The notes: generated from the sequence alone by a model not told the origin. DNA of 64,000 nucleotides from Prochlorococcaceae cyanobacterium (GCA_040399325.1 JBBASJ010000003.1:441-64440), one strand, 5' to 3'. Positions 10,984 through 22,018 are shown, counted from the first letter of the stretch. Numbers and translations are program-made.

Positions 10984-11931
10984 CTAGTTGGCGCTCCCGG
11001 CAGCACGATCCAGCCCCCAGCGCCGCCGCCAGGCGCTGGTGGACAGCAAGGCGCCGCTGGCAGCGCGCTGCTGCCGCTGCTGGTCGCGTGCGACCAGGAT
11101 CTGCTGGGCCGCAGCCTCACCACTGGGGTCGCGGTAGAGCTCGGCAGCCCCGGTGAGCAGATGCTCCTGCTCCATCGGCGACAGCAGCCTGAGCCAGGGG
11201 TGCGATGCAGCATCGTCGGCCGTCATCAACGGGGCCCAGCCCGCCGCGGTGCCGCCGCTCCAGCGCCTGCCCGCACTGCTGCGGATCGCCACCATCACCA
11301 GGCCCAGCTCCACCAACGCCGCCCGCACCGCCGCCGCCGAGCAGTAGGTGAGCAGCCGCCCACTGGGGGCCAGCAGCTGCGCCAAGCCCCCCAGAAACTC
11401 GAGCGTCCACAGCTCGGGGCAATGGCGGGGCGAAAAGGCATCGAGCAGCACCAGATCGACCTGGCCGGCCAGCTGCTGTTGCAGCAGCGGCAACTGGGCG
11501 CGGGCATCGCCCCACAGCACCTGCCCCTGTCCCAATGGCGAGCGCCAGGCCCCCGCCTGGGCCAGCTGACGCAAGGGATCAAGGGCTTCGGACCGCCACT
11601 GCGTGCAGAAGTGTGCTTGGGTCAGGGCGAGCTGCAGGGGGGCCGGCTCCAGCTCCAGGCCCCACCACTGCAGGCTCAAGCCATGGTCTGCCGCGGCCTC
11701 GAGCAGGGCAGCACTGTTGCTGCCGGTGCCCACGCACACATCGACCACCACCACGGTGCTGCCAGGGGCAAAACGGGCCAGCCCGGCCGGCCCCACAAAG
11801 GTGCTGCGGGCCTCGGCCAGGGCGCCCGCGGCACTGTGAAAGGCCTCGCCAAAGCGGCTGCTGAACAAGCTGAAACTGCCGTCAGCGGTGATGCGGGGGC
11901 TGAGCTCAGCCCCGCAACCGGGCCAGGTCAT
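10984..11931 (-). CDS. MnmC-like (DUF752) SAM-dependent methyltransferase
   Basis: [18 protein letters not shown], then [12 protein letters not shown] and [10 protein letters not shown] motifs as in the methyltransferase half of MnmC. The start overlaps the aroA 3' end by 26 nt. Confidence 0.6.
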   Translation of the reverse strand: MTWPGCGAELSPRITADGSFSLFSSRFGEAFHSAAGALAEARSTFVGPAGLARFAPGSTVVVVDVCVGTGSNSAALLEAAADHGLSLQWWGLELEPAPLQLALTQAHFCTQWRSEALDPLRQLAQAGAWRSPLGQGQVLWGDARAQLPLLQQQLAGQVDLVLLDAFSPRHCPELWTLEFLGGLAQLLAPSGRLLTYCSAAAVRAALVELGLVMVAIRSSAGRRWSGGTAAGWAPLMTADDAASHPWLRLLSPMEQEHLLTGAAELYRDPSGEAAAQQILVARDQQRQQRAASGALLSTSAWRRRWGLDRAAGSAN

Positions 11932-13231
11932 CCCAGAACTCCGGGTACGACACCGCAGCGGCCTCAGGGCGCTGCAGGGTGGTGCTGCCGCTGGCCACCA
12001 GCGACGCCACCGCCAGGCTCATGGCGACGCGGTGGTCGGTTTCGCTGTCGACCGTGGCGCCGTGCAATGGCGTGGTGCCGGTGATGGTCATGCCGTCGTC
12101 AAACTCGTCGATGCGGGCGCCCATCGCCCCCAGCTGGCGGGCCATCACGGCAAGGCGGTCGGTCTCCTTGACCCGCAGCTCTTCGGCGCCGGTGATGCGG
12201 CTGACGCCGTCGGCGCAGCAGGCGGCCACCGCCAGCACCGGGATCTCATCGACCAGCCGGGGCATGATCGCCGCACCGATGTCAAACGCCTGCAGGGGCC
12301 CATGGCTGACCTGCAGATCGCCGACCGGCTCGCCGGCCACATCGCGCTGGTTGACGATGGTGATGCGGGCGCCCATCTGCTCCAGCACCTCGAGGATGCC
12401 GGTGCGGCTGGGGTTGAGGCCTACGTTTTCGATGGTGAGGGCAGCGCCGGGGGTGATGGCGCCGGCCACCAGCCAGAAGGCGGCGCTGCTGATGTCGCCC
12501 GGCACGATCACCTGCTGGCCCCGCAGGGTGTGGCCGGGGGTGAGGGTGACGGTGGTGTTGCCCTCACCGCCCACCACCAGATCGGCCCCAAAAGCCCGCA
12601 GCATGCGCTCGCTGTGGTCGCGGCTCTGGACCGGCTCGATCACCGTCGTTGCTCCTTGGGCGGTGAGCGCCGCCAGCAGGATGGCGCTCTTGACCTGGGC
12701 CGAAGCCACCGGCGTGTGGATCATGGTGCCCACCAGGGCCTGACCCTGCAGCGCCAGCGGGGCAAAGTTGCCCTCCTTGCGGCCGTGGATCACCGCGCCC
12801 ATCTGGGCCAAGGGTGCGCCCACCCGCCGCATCGGCCGGCCCCGCAGCGAGCCATCGCCGGTCAGCACAAAATGGCGACCCACCCGGCCCGCCAGCAGGC
12901 CGAGCATGAGCCGCATGGTGGTGCCCGAGTTGCCGCAATCGAGCACATCGCCCGGCTCGGCCAAGCCATCAAGCCCCACCCCCTGCACCGTGACCGGCTC
13001 GCCGGCGCGGATCTCTGAGACCGTCACCCCCATGGCCCGCAGGCAGGCGGCGGTGCTGAGGGGGTCTTCGGCCGGCAGCAGACCCTCGATGCGCGTCTCG
13101 CCCTCGGCGATGGCGCCGAACAGCAATGCCCGGTGCGAGATCGACTTGTCGCCCGGCACCCGCACGGTGCCCCCCAGGCTGCCGCCACCGCTGAGGGTCA
13201 GGGCATCACGGCTTGCGGCGCTCTCAGACAA
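11906..13231 (-). CDS. aroA: 3-phosphoshikimate 1-carboxyvinyltransferase (EPSP synthase)
   Basis: [29 protein letters not shown] and DHRVAMS motifs. TTG start, so the 5' end is approximate. Confidence 0.9.
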   Translation of the reverse strand: MSESAASRDALTLSGGGSLGGTVRVPGDKSISHRALLFGAIAEGETRIEGLLPAEDPLSTAACLRAMGVTVSEIRAGEPVTVQGVGLDGLAEPGDVLDCGNSGTTMRLMLGLLAGRVGRHFVLTGDGSLRGRPMRRVGAPLAQMGAVIHGRKEGNFAPLALQGQALVGTMIHTPVASAQVKSAILLAALTAQGATTVIEPVQSRDHSERMLRAFGADLVVGGEGNTTVTLTPGHTLRGQQVIVPGDISSAAFWLVAGAITPGAALTIENVGLNPSRTGILEVLEQMGARITIVNQRDVAGEPVGDLQVSHGPLQAFDIGAAIMPRLVDEIPVLAVAACCADGVSRITGAEELRVKETDRLAVMARQLGAMGARIDEFDDGMTITGTTPLHGATVDSETDHRVAMSLAVASLVASGSTTLQRPEAAAVSYPEFWDDLARLRG

Positions 13232-13537
13232 GGGGGATCGGTGCCATTGAGACGATCCTATGGAGCCTTCTCGTCGCTGCGGCCCATCCCGCGTTCAAGC
13301 AGCGTGGGGTGGGGTAGGGGCAGAAGCGAGGAGTTCAGAGTTGACTCGGATGGGGGTCAACCTGCCACGGTTGGTGACAGTGCAAATCCAGCGAGTGAAT
13401 CACCATCGCGGCGATGGCCGTTGACGGCCGATGCCTCCGGCGCATCGGCCAAAGGGTTGGTTGCCAGACGGCTTTCTCTGCTCGGGGGAAGCACGCCGAA
13501 GCTGCGGTTTCGAGGCCAGCGGTAGATCCGGCCGCGC

Positions 13538-13741
13538 TCAGCCATCGTTGCCGGCTACTCCAAAGTTGCCGTCGTCCAGGGACGCCAGATCGGCGTGGGC
13601 GGCATGGAGGGCGTCGATGCGTCGATGGGCCAGTCAATCCGTCAGTGCAGCGATCACCAGGGCAGAACGGTTGGAGCCTTGGGCATCGGGCTGGGCCAGC
13701 AGTGAGTGATCCAACGGGATGCTGATCGGGCGGTTCGGCAT
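13538..13741 (-). pseudogene. ribbon-helix-helix antitoxin-like ORF interrupted by an in-frame TGA
   Basis: My own translation of the minus strand gives MPNRPISIPLDHSLLAQPDAQGSNRSALVIAALTD, then TGA, then LAHRRIDALHAAHADLASLDDGNFGVAGNDG and a stop. The in-frame TGA is tca at 13634..13636, sitting where a Trp (TGG) would fit. It lies in the otherwise empty 530-nt aroA-thiD spacer. Confidence 0.3.
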
Positions 13742-13760
13742 CTCACCAGCAGGAATTCTG

Positions 13761-14612
13761 TTAAGGATTCAAGGAATCCAGGGCTGGGTGCCAGTGGCAC
13801 AGCGGGCCCTGGCCGGCGCCGATCGCCAGGGCCTGACGCAGCGCTCCCTCCACATACCGCTTGGCCTGCGCCGCTGACTCGGACAGAGCCAGCCCGCGGG
13901 CCCGGTAGGCGGTGATCGCCGCCCCCAGGGTGCAGCCGCTGCCGTGGGTGTGGGGCGTGTCGATGGCGGCATGGGCGAGCCATTGGCCCGAACCCTCGCG
14001 ATCGAGCAGGTAATCGCGTCCCCGCAGCTCGCTCAGGCCGCCGCCCTTGATGAGCACCGCAGCCGGACCCAGCGCGAGCAGCCGCACCGCTGCCCGCTCC
14101 ACATCGGCAGCCGACTCGATGGGCTGGCCTGTGAGCAGCCGCGCCTCATGAATGTTGGGGGTGAGCAGCTCAGCCAGGGGCAGCAGCAGCCGGTAGGCGG
14201 CGATGGCATCGGCCTCGAGCAGCACCGACCCGGCGCGCGACACCATCACCGGATCGATCAACCGCGGCAGCTTCAAGGGCGCCAGGGCGGCGGCGGTGGC
14301 CTCGATCAACGCGGCGTTGAGCAGCATGCCGGTCTTGAGCGCCGCCACCGGCAGATCGCTCATGACCGCTTCGATCTGGGCCACCAGGGCCGCCGGCGGC
14401 AGGGCATCGACCCGGCTGACGCCCGTGGTGTTCTGCGCCGTCACACAGGTGATGGCGCTGCAGCCATGGACCTCCAGGGCCATGAAGGTCTTGAGGTCGG
14501 CCTGGATTCCGGCGCCGCCGCCGGAATCGCTGCCGCCGATGGTCAGGGCGATGGGGGGAGTCACCAAAGGGTCTGGCAAGAGAAGCCGGCGCGCTGGGGA
14601 TCGGGCCAGCAT
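13761..14612 (-). CDS. thiD: hydroxymethylpyrimidine/phosphomethylpyrimidine kinase
   Basis: [21 protein letters not shown]-terminus and [12 protein letters not shown] near the C-terminus. Confidence 0.85.
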   Translation of the reverse strand: MLARSPARRLLLPDPLVTPPIALTIGGSDSGGGAGIQADLKTFMALEVHGCSAITCVTAQNTTGVSRVDALPPAALVAQIEAVMSDLPVAALKTGMLLNAALIEATAAALAPLKLPRLIDPVMVSRAGSVLLEADAIAAYRLLLPLAELLTPNIHEARLLTGQPIESAADVERAAVRLLALGPAAVLIKGGGLSELRGRDYLLDREGSGQWLAHAAIDTPHTHGSGCTLGAAITAYRARGLALSESAAQAKRYVEGALRQALAIGAGQGPLCHWHPALDSLNP

Positions 14613-14684
14613 GCGATCACAGGGATCGCGGCGGTGAATCGACCGGAGCCTCTGGGTCCAGTCACAACGACGCCAACGCTGGCC

Positions 14685-15131
14685 TTACCCCAACAGCAGC
14701 CCTCCCTGCGCATCGCGGCTGGCTTCGGCGCTGCGCAGGTCGAACAGCAGGTCCTCAAGGCTGAGGTCTTGCAGAGCCTTCTGCCGGGCCCGCTGCAGCC
14801 GCCGCTCCAGGGCAGCGGTGACCTGATCGACGGCTGAAGGCCCGTCGCCCTGCTGGGCAGAAGCCGTTTCGGCATCAGCCCCGTCGTCGAGGCCGGCCAA
14901 CACCGCCCACAGCGAGATCTCGCGGGCAGCGCGCGCCAGCCGGTACCCCCCCAGCCGACCGCGCCGCGCCACCAGCAGCCCTGCGCGCCGCAACCGCAGC
15001 AGCAGTTGCTCGAGCATCGGCTCGGGCAACTGCTGCGCCACCGCCAGGGTGTGGGTCGACTGCCAGGCATGGGGCTCACTTGCCAACAGCAACAGGGCCT
15101 TGAGGGCATGGTTGGCCTGACGGCTCAGCAC
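14685..15131 (-). CDS. Rrf2-family transcriptional regulator
   Basis: The pattern MLSRQANHALKALLLLA..LAVAQQLPEPMLEQLLLRLRRAGLLVARRGRLGGYRLAR is typical of the Rrf2 winged helix. Confidence 0.75.
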   Translation of the reverse strand: MLSRQANHALKALLLLASEPHAWQSTHTLAVAQQLPEPMLEQLLLRLRRAGLLVARRGRLGGYRLARAAREISLWAVLAGLDDGADAETASAQQGDGPSAVDQVTAALERRLQRARQKALQDLSLEDLLFDLRSAEASRDAQGGLLLG

Positions 15132-16690
15132 AGCGCCGCCAGCCGCTCGAGCACGTGCTCAAGGGTGTAGCCGAACAACGCCGGATCGGGCGGGTTCGTG
15201 CCGATGTCGGCCAGGCCCAGTTCGGCCCAGCGGGCATCGATCCTGGTCTCGAGCTCGGCCGGGCGGCGCAGCGGCTCGCCCCAGGGATGGCGCTTCTCGG
15301 GGCCGATCTTGGTGGTGGCGTCGATCGCCAGCCGGCCGCCCAGGCCCAGGCGCTCGCTGGCGAAATCGAGGGTGTCAAAGGGGGTGTCGTCGAGCACGAA
15401 CAGATCGCGCTGGGGGTCGACCTGGGCGCTGATCGCCCAGATCACCTGGCGGGGATCGCGGATGTTGATCGCCTTGTCGACCACCACCACAAACTTGGTG
15501 TAAGTGAATTGGGGCAACGCGCTCCAGAACGCCATGGCGGCTCGGCGGGCCTGGCCCGGATAGGCCTTGTCGATGGCGATCACCGCCAGCTTGTAGCTGA
15601 GGCCCTCCATCGGCAAGAAGAAGTCGACGATCTCGGGGATCTGCTGCCGCAAAATCGGGGTGTAGATGCGATTGAGGGCGATCGCGAGCATCGCGTCTTC
15701 CTTCGGGGGACGCCCGCTGAAGGTCGTGAAATAGATGGGGTCGCGCCGCTGCGTGACGCAGTGGAAGCGCACCAGGGGCGAGTCCTCGACCCCTCCGTAG
15801 AAGCCCATGTGATCGCCGAAGGGGCCATCGGCCAGTTCTTCGCCGGGGGTGATGGTGCCCTCGAGCACCACCTCGCTGTGGCTGGGCACCTCGAGGTTGA
15901 CGGTCTTGCACCTGGCCAGCCGCACCCCTTCGCCGGCATAGAGCCCGGCAAACAGCCACTCGCTGAGCTGCACCGGGATCGGCGTTGCCGCCGCCAGCAC
16001 CAGCAGCGGGTGCACGCCGATGGCGATGGCGATTTCGAGCTTCTTGCCCAGGGCCGCCGCCTTGCGCAGGTGGCGGGCGCCGCCGCGCACGCTCAGCCAG
16101 TGCACGGTCATGGTGTTGATCGACTGCTGCTGCAGCCGGTACACGCCCACGTTGGGGGTACCGGTCTCGGGGTCCTTGGTGATCACCAGCCCCAGGGTGA
16201 TGATGCGGCCCCCATCGCCCGGCCAGGGGCGCAGCAGCGGCAGGGCATCGAGGTTGACCTGGTCGCCCTTGAACACCTGCTGATGGCAGGGGGGCGTGAG
16301 ATCCAGGTCGGGCCGTGCCTTGAGCACATCGAGCAGCACCGAGCCAAAGCGCACCGCCTCCCGGGCCCCCTTGGGGGGCCGGGGCTGCTGCAACAGCGCC
16401 AGCCGCTCGCCCAGGGCCTCGAGCTCCTGGGGTGTCTCCATGCCCAGACTCCACAGCACCCGCTCCTGGGTGCCCAGCAGATTGACGGCCACCGGCATGG
16501 GGCTGCCGATCACGTTCTCAAACAGCAAGGCCGGCCCACCCGCCGCCAGCACCCGATCGGCGATCGCCGCCAGTTCGAGGTCGGCATCGACCGGCGCCGT
16601 GATGCGGCGCAACTGGCCCCGGGCGTCGAGCAGCTGCAAAAAGCCGCGCAGATCGCGCCGTGATGCCTTGCTCAGATCGGTCGACACCAT
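15125..16690 (-). CDS. ubiD: UbiD-family (prenylated-FMN dependent) decarboxylase
   Basis: 521-aa ORF with DLRGFLQLLDARGQL.. at the N-terminus and GPFGDHMGFY in the core. Confidence 0.85.
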   Translation of the reverse strand: MVSTDLSKASRRDLRGFLQLLDARGQLRRITAPVDADLELAAIADRVLAAGGPALLFENVIGSPMPVAVNLLGTQERVLWSLGMETPQELEALGERLALLQQPRPPKGAREAVRFGSVLLDVLKARPDLDLTPPCHQQVFKGDQVNLDALPLLRPWPGDGGRIITLGLVITKDPETGTPNVGVYRLQQQSINTMTVHWLSVRGGARHLRKAAALGKKLEIAIAIGVHPLLVLAAATPIPVQLSEWLFAGLYAGEGVRLARCKTVNLEVPSHSEVVLEGTITPGEELADGPFGDHMGFYGGVEDSPLVRFHCVTQRRDPIYFTTFSGRPPKEDAMLAIALNRIYTPILRQQIPEIVDFFLPMEGLSYKLAVIAIDKAYPGQARRAAMAFWSALPQFTYTKFVVVVDKAINIRDPRQVIWAISAQVDPQRDLFVLDDTPFDTLDFASERLGLGGRLAIDATTKIGPEKRHPWGEPLRRPAELETRIDARWAELGLADIGTNPPDPALFGYTLEHVLERLAALC

Positions 16691-16744
16691 GGCCCTGGCT
16701 TGCGGTGCCTACTGTGACGCACCTGCCGCGGCGGCCGCGAAGCC

Positions 16745-17500
16745 ATGCAACTGCACTATTTCCATACCTCTGAAGCGGTTCCACCGTTGCTTCCCGTGGC
16801 CGAAGGGGGCCCCGACGCCGCCGTGGTGATCGATGTGCTGCGAGCCACCACCACCATCGCCTGGGCCCTGGAGAACGGCGCCGAAGCCATCCAGGCGTTT
16901 GCCGATCTGGGCGAACTGGACGCCGCGGCGGCCGCCTGGCCTGAGGCCCAGCGGCTGCGGGCGGGCGAACGCGGCGGCAAGCGCGTGGAGGGGTACGACC
17001 TCGGCAACTCGCCCCTGGCGGTGACGCCCGAACTGGTGGGCGGCAAGCGCATCTTCATGAGCACCACCAACGGCACCCGCTCGCTGGCGGCGGTGCGTGA
17101 GGTGCCGCTGCTGCTGACCGCCTGCCTGCCCAACCGCATGGCCGTGGCCAGGCGCCTGGTGCAGCAGGGCTGCCAGCGGGTCTGGATCGTGGGCAGCGGC
17201 TGGGAGGGCGACTACTCGCTCGAAGACAGCCTGGCGGCGGGGGCGGTGGCCTCGGCCGCCATCGAGCTGGCGGTGGCGCCCCATGTGGGCGTGGGCTTCG
17301 GCAACGACGAGATGCTGGCCGCCCTGGCCCTGTGGCAGCAATGGCACCACGACAGCGAGACCTGCCTGCGGGCGGCCAGCCACGGCCAGCGGCTGATCGG
17401 CATCGGCGACCACGACGCCGACTTTGCCTGCTGCGCCGCCGTCGACAGCCTGCAGGTGGTGCCGCTGCAGGCCGAGCCCGGGGTGCTGCGCCGCAGCTGA
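16745..17500 (+). CDS. comB: 2-phosphosulfolactate phosphatase family protein
   Basis: [28 protein letters not shown] and MSTTNGT motifs. Confidence 0.75.
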   Translation: MQLHYFHTSEAVPPLLPVAEGGPDAAVVIDVLRATTTIAWALENGAEAIQAFADLGELDAAAAAWPEAQRLRAGERGGKRVEGYDLGNSPLAVTPELVGGKRIFMSTTNGTRSLAAVREVPLLLTACLPNRMAVARRLVQQGCQRVWIVGSGWEGDYSLEDSLAAGAVASAAIELAVAPHVGVGFGNDEMLAALALWQQWHHDSETCLRAASHGQRLIGIGDHDADFACCAAVDSLQVVPLQAEPGVLRRS

Positions 17501-17542
17501 GCGGGTCTCCTACAGTTCGGCCCTACGCCAACAGGAGGGCTG

Positions 17543-18361
17543 GTGAGCAGTTTTCTGGCCGCTGCAGTGCAGCTCACCAGCACCCCGGACCTGGACGCCA
17601 ACCTCACCGCCGCCGAAGAGCAGATCGAGCTTGCGGCCCGCCGTGGTGCCGAACTGGTGGGACTGCCCGAAAACTTCGCTTTCATGGGCGACGACCAGCA
17701 GCGCCTGCAGCTGGCACCCGACCTGGCCGAGCGCTGCAGCCGCTTTCTGGTCACCATGGCGCGCCGCTATCAGGTCACCCTGCTGGGGGGCGGTTTCCCG
17801 GTGCCGGCTGCTGAAGGCGCCACCTTCAACCGGGCCGAGCTGGTCAGCCACGAAGGGCAGGTGCTGGCCCGCTACGACAAGATTCACCTGTTCGATGTGG
17901 ACCTGCCCGACGGCAACACCTACCGCGAGTCGGCCACGGTGCAGCCGGGCGACACCCTGCCGCCGGTGGTCGCGGTGCCCGGGCTGGGGCGCATCGGTCT
18001 GTCGATCTGCTACGACGTGCGCTTTCCTGAGCTGTACCGGCATCTGGCAGCCAATGGCGCCGACGTGCTGATGGTGCCGGCCGCCTTCACGGCGTTCACC
18101 GGCAAAGACCATTGGCAGGTGCTGCTGCAGGCCCGGGCGATCGAAAACACCGCCTACGTGGTGGCCCCCGCCCAGACCGGCGTCAACCATGGCCGCCGCC
18201 AGACCCATGGCCATGCCCTGGTGATCGATCCCTGGGGGACCGTGCTGGCCGATGCGGGGGTGGCTCCCGGGCTGGCCGTGGCCCCCGTGGATCCTGGCCA
18301 TGGTGAGCGGGTTCGCGCCCAGATGCCGAGCCTGCGCCATCGCCGGCCGGCCCTGTTCTGA
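17543..18361 (+). CDS. carbon-nitrogen hydrolase (nitrilase superfamily, Nit/omega-amidase-like)
   Basis: Glu-Lys-Cys triad context (LPENF, YDKIHLFD, GLSICYDVRFPE). GTG start preceded by AGGAGG at 17533..17538. Confidence 0.8.
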   Translation: MSSFLAAAVQLTSTPDLDANLTAAEEQIELAARRGAELVGLPENFAFMGDDQQRLQLAPDLAERCSRFLVTMARRYQVTLLGGGFPVPAAEGATFNRAELVSHEGQVLARYDKIHLFDVDLPDGNTYRESATVQPGDTLPPVVAVPGLGRIGLSICYDVRFPELYRHLAANGADVLMVPAAFTAFTGKDHWQVLLQARAIENTAYVVAPAQTGVNHGRRQTHGHALVIDPWGTVLADAGVAPGLAVAPVDPGHGERVRAQMPSLRHRRPALF

Positions 18362-18371
18362 GCGCCGATCG

Positions 18372-19481
18372 GTGGGCAAGCACCCGGTTCTGCCGCTGCG
18401 CAGCCTGACGGGCGGCCTAGCAGCGCTGTGCCTGCTGTTGCTGCCGGCAGCGGCAGCGCGGGCCGCAGGCTCGGCCCTGGGGGCCTGGCGGCTCAGCAAC
18501 ACCGGTGTGCTGGAGCTGCGCACCAGCAACGACGCCCCGCTCAAGGCCTTCTTTGAAGCCGGCACGTCGGGGCGCGGCCCCCGGCTCTGGATCGATCTGC
18601 CGGGGGCACCGAGCCGCACGCGCAGCTTCAGCGGCAGTGGTCCGGTGCGGGAGGTGCGCATCGGCCGCCCCGATGACCAGACCACCCGGCTGGTGCTGGA
18701 GTTTCAGCCAGGGGTGCAACTCAACCCGGCACAGCTGCAATTGGTGGGCACGGCCGCCGATCGCTGGCGTCTCGAGCTGCGCGGCCTGCCCGGTGCTGCG
18801 CTGGTGAGCCTGGGCGAAGGCGATCTCGACAGCCCGGTGGCATCGGCCCCCTCCCGCAGCTTCTTCCCCAGCTCCAGCAAACCCCTGTCGGCCGATGGAC
18901 TGCCCGTGGTGCCGCGCAACCGCTTCAAGGTGGTGCTCGATCCAGGCCATGGCGGGCCCGATCCCGGAGCCGTCGGCATCGGCGGACTGCGGGAAACCGA
19001 TGTGGTGCTCGATGTGACGCTGCAGGTGGCGCGACTGCTGCAGGCCCGGGGCGTGGAGGTGCTGCTGACCCGCACCACCGAGATCGATGTCGACCTGCCA
19101 CCGAGGGTTGCCCTGGCCAACAGCAGCGCAGCCGACGCCTTCGTGAGCATCCACGCCAACGCCCTGAGCATGGACAGGCCCGATGTCAACGGCATCGAGA
19201 CCTTCTATTTCACAGGCGGGCCCAATGCCGGCCGTTCGCTGGAGCTGGCCCAGTCGCTGCAACGGCAGATGATGGCCATCTCCGCGGGCAGCCCCGACCG
19301 GGGGGTTCGGCCCGGCCGCTTCTTCGTGATCCGGCGCACCACGATGCCCTCAAGCCTTGTGGAGATGGGCTTTGTGACCGGCCGTCTCGATGCCGCAAGG
19401 CTGCAGCAGCCCGACTTCCGCCGGCGCATGGCCCTGGCGCTGGCTGCCGCGATCCTCGACTATCTCGGGGGGGCGGCATGA
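18372..19481 (+). CDS. amiC: N-acetylmuramoyl-L-alanine amidase with N-terminal AMIN-like domain
   Basis: Signal peptide, then VVLDPGHGGPDPGAVG, SIHANA and SSLVEMGF (Amidase_3). I placed the start at GTG 18372, just after the stop of the preceding gene; the track ORF begins earlier, inside that gene. Confidence 0.8.
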   Translation: MGKHPVLPLRSLTGGLAALCLLLLPAAAARAAGSALGAWRLSNTGVLELRTSNDAPLKAFFEAGTSGRGPRLWIDLPGAPSRTRSFSGSGPVREVRIGRPDDQTTRLVLEFQPGVQLNPAQLQLVGTAADRWRLELRGLPGAALVSLGEGDLDSPVASAPSRSFFPSSSKPLSADGLPVVPRNRFKVVLDPGHGGPDPGAVGIGGLRETDVVLDVTLQVARLLQARGVEVLLTRTTEIDVDLPPRVALANSSAADAFVSIHANALSMDRPDVNGIETFYFTGGPNAGRSLELAQSLQRQMMAISAGSPDRGVRPGRFFVIRRTTMPSSLVEMGFVTGRLDAARLQQPDFRRRMALALAAAILDYLGGAA

Positions 19482-20323
19482 GCCTGCGGGTCGGTCTCTT
19501 TGACAGTGGCCTGGGGGGCCTGACCGTGCTCCGGCACGTGCACCGCTGCCACCCCCATTCACCGACCCTGTACCTGGGTGACACCGCCAGGGTGCCCTAC
19601 GGCCAGCGCAGTGCCGACGACATTCGCCAGATCGCCGCCGAGGTGGTCCACTGGCTGCGGCTGCAGGGCATCGGTGTTCTGGTGATGGCCTGCAACACCT
19701 CCAACGCCCTCGCCTTCGATGTGGCCGTGGCCGAGGCCGGCGTGCCGGTGGTGGGTCTGATCGACAGCGTGGCCGCCACGCTGGGTGCCGACCGCATCGG
19801 CGTGCTGGCGACCCCGGCCACGGCCGCCAGCGGGGCCTACCGCCGGGCGATCCACGCCTGCAGGCCCGCCGCGGTGGTCAACGAGGTGGGCTGCCCGGCC
19901 TTTGTGCCCCTGATCGAGGCGGGCGATCTGAGCCATCCCGACCTGCGCGCCGCCGCCCAGTCCTACCTGGAGCCTCTGCTGCAAAGCCATGTCGAGGCGA
20001 TTGTGCTGGGTTGCACCCACTACCCCCTGCTGACACCGCTGCTGCAGGAGTTGCTGCCGGACGGGGTGCAACTGATCGATCCGGCCCTGGCAGCGGTGGC
20101 CCGCCTGGGGCCCCTGCTGGCGAATCTGGGGGATCTGCCTGAAGGCGAACGGCAGCATGAACAGACCCCGCCACCCGGATCACTCCGTCGCATCTGCGTG
20201 ACCGGGTGTGCCCTGACCTTTGCCGAGGCCGCCACCCGCTGGTTGGGCGAGGAACCCCGGGTCGAGCAGGTCGACCTCTCGGAGAAGGTCGACCTCACTC
20301 GGCAGTCGGCCTGCGGCTTCTAG
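19478..20323 (+). CDS. murI: glutamate racemase
   Basis: GLFDSGLGGLTV, ACNTSNA and GCTHYPLL motifs. ATGA overlap with the amidase stop. Confidence 0.85.
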   Translation: MSLRVGLFDSGLGGLTVLRHVHRCHPHSPTLYLGDTARVPYGQRSADDIRQIAAEVVHWLRLQGIGVLVMACNTSNALAFDVAVAEAGVPVVGLIDSVAATLGADRIGVLATPATAASGAYRRAIHACRPAAVVNEVGCPAFVPLIEAGDLSHPDLRAAAQSYLEPLLQSHVEAIVLGCTHYPLLTPLLQELLPDGVQLIDPALAAVARLGPLLANLGDLPEGERQHEQTPPPGSLRRICVTGCALTFAEAATRWLGEEPRVEQVDLSEKVDLTRQSACGF

Positions 20324-20346
20324 GATCACGCCACGACGGAGGGTGT

Positions 20347-21318
20347 GTGGCCACGGTTGCAGAGCTGCTTCAGCCGGTCGAGGCCGACCTCGATGCCCTG
20401 CTGGCTGATCTGCGCAGCCTGATCGGTGCTGGCCATCCGATCCTGCAGGCCGCCGCCGAACACCTGTTCGCGGCAGGTGGCAAGCGCATCCGACCGGGCA
20501 TCGTGCTACTGCTGTCGCGGGCGATCAGCCCCGGTGGCGAGCTGGGCCAGCGTCACCGCCGCCTGGCCGAGATCACCGAGATGATCCACACGGCCTCGCT
20601 CGTTCACGATGACGTGGTCGACGAGGCCTCCACCCGCCGTGGGGTGGCCACGGTTCACAGCCGCTTCAACCACAGGGTCGCGGTGTTGGCGGGCGATTTT
20701 CTGTTTGCCCAGGCCAGCTGGCACCTCGCCAATCTCGACGATCTCGAGGTCGTCAAGCTGCTCAGCCGCGTGATCATGGACCTGGCCGACGGCGAGGTCA
20801 AACAGGGTCTGTTTCGCTACGACACGGGCCAGACCTTCGAGACCTACCTCGAGAAGAGCTATTGCAAAACGGCCTCCTTGATCGCCAACAGCGCCAGAGC
20901 TGCGGGGGTGCTGTCTGAACTCCCAGCCGAGCACCTTGACGAGCTCTACCGGTTTGGCCGGCAGCTGGGACTGGCGTTCCAGGTGGTCGATGACATTCTC
21001 GATTTCACCGGCGACGACGAACAGCTGGGCAAGCCGGCGGCCAGCGATCTGGCCTCGGGCTACCTCACGGCTCCTGTGCTCTATGCCCTGGAAGAGCGAC
21101 CCACGCTGGCCGGTCTGATCGAGCGCGAGTTCAGCCAGGACGGCGATCTCGAGCAGGCGCTGGAGCTGGTGCGCGGCTGCGAGGCGATCCCGCGCTCCCG
21201 TGCCCTCGCCGAAGGATTTTCGCGAGAAGCCGGCGAAGCGCTCAGTTGGCTGCCCGCCTCCGAGGCCAGCCGCGCGCTCAGAGCCCTGCCCGAGTTTGTG
21301 CTCAGCCGGCTTTACTGA
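20347..21318 (+). CDS. sds: solanesyl (all-trans-nonaprenyl) diphosphate synthase
   Basis: trans-Prenyltransferase DDxxD motifs (LVHDDVVDE, QVVDDILDF). GTG at 20347 gives a 323-aa product; the track ORF starts earlier, inside murI. Confidence 0.85.
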   Translation: MATVAELLQPVEADLDALLADLRSLIGAGHPILQAAAEHLFAAGGKRIRPGIVLLLSRAISPGGELGQRHRRLAEITEMIHTASLVHDDVVDEASTRRGVATVHSRFNHRVAVLAGDFLFAQASWHLANLDDLEVVKLLSRVIMDLADGEVKQGLFRYDTGQTFETYLEKSYCKTASLIANSARAAGVLSELPAEHLDELYRFGRQLGLAFQVVDDILDFTGDDEQLGKPAASDLASGYLTAPVLYALEERPTLAGLIEREFSQDGDLEQALELVRGCEAIPRSRALAEGFSREAGEALSWLPASEASRALRALPEFVLSRLY

Positions 21319-21349
21319 GTTCTGGACTGGGTCAGCCAGATCCGACAAC

Positions 21350-22018
21350 TCAGCCCAGGCTCACGCCCTCCAGGCTCCGGAGCAGCTCACAGCCCTCGGG
21401 CAACTGTTGCAACACGATCTGGGTGATCCGGTCATCCTGGGGAAGCAGCACATGCACGCGGCAGCCTGCGCCGCTGGCTGAGCGGGCACCGGCGGGAGAA
21501 TCTTCAAAGGCCCAGCAATCGGTGGCCGCCACCCCCAGGCGCCGCGCCGCCAGCAAGTAAGGATCGGGCTCAGGCTTGCCTGCCGCCAGCTCGGGATCAT
21601 CGCCATGGACCCGGCTGGTGATGGCCGCAAGCCACGCATGGGGTGCCTCCTTGAGAGCCACCGCAGCGCGGCTGCTGCTCGTCACCAGGGCCATGGGCAC
21701 GGCAGCCTGCACCAGCGTTTCCACCAGCTGGCGGGCCCCGGGCATGGGCCGTGCCGCGGGCATCAGGGCATCGGCGATCGGCTGGCGCACCGCCAGCAAC
21801 GCCGCAACCGATGGAGCCGCCAGACCCGCCTCGCGCATCCAGGCGATCACCTGCTGGGCGCACTCGAGCCGCCGCCGGCCACGCAGCGCCAGCAACGGGC
21901 CTGTCGCCAGCTCAAGGCCGAAGTGGGCCGCCGCCGCCTGCCACGCACGGGCATGCAGGGGCTCGGTGTCGAGCAGCAGGCCGTCGAGATCAAACAGGCA
22001 GGCGGAGGGGCGGCGCAT
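21350..22018 (-). CDS. HAD-superfamily hydrolase (beta-phosphoglucomutase-like phosphatase)
   Basis: [13 protein letters not shown] motif I, VTSS motif II and a C-terminal FEDSPAG motif. Confidence 0.75.
   Translation of the reverse strand: MRRPSACLFDLDGLLLDTEPLHARAWQAAAAHFGLELATGPLLALRGRRRLECAQQVIAWMREAGLAAPSVAALLAVRQPIADALMPAARPMPGARQLVETLVQAAVPMALVTSSSRAAVALKEAPHAWLAAITSRVHGDDPELAAGKPEPDPYLLAARRLGVAATDCWAFEDSPAGARSASGAGCRVHVLLPQDDRITQIVLQQLPEGCELLRSLEGVSLG

Noticed and set aside
9599-10987. 462-aa plus-strand ORF
   Set aside because: It is antisense to glmU, which has a clear nucleotidyltransferase and hexapeptide-repeat signature. It is a shadow frame.
13357-13545. 62-aa ORF (MAERGRIYRWPRNRSF..) considered as the toxin partner of the RHH relic
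   Set aside because: I could not align it to a MazF, RelE, ParE or PIN pattern in any frame. Its Arg/Gly/Pro-rich composition is consistent with non-coding or fully decayed sequence. It is mentioned only as positional context.
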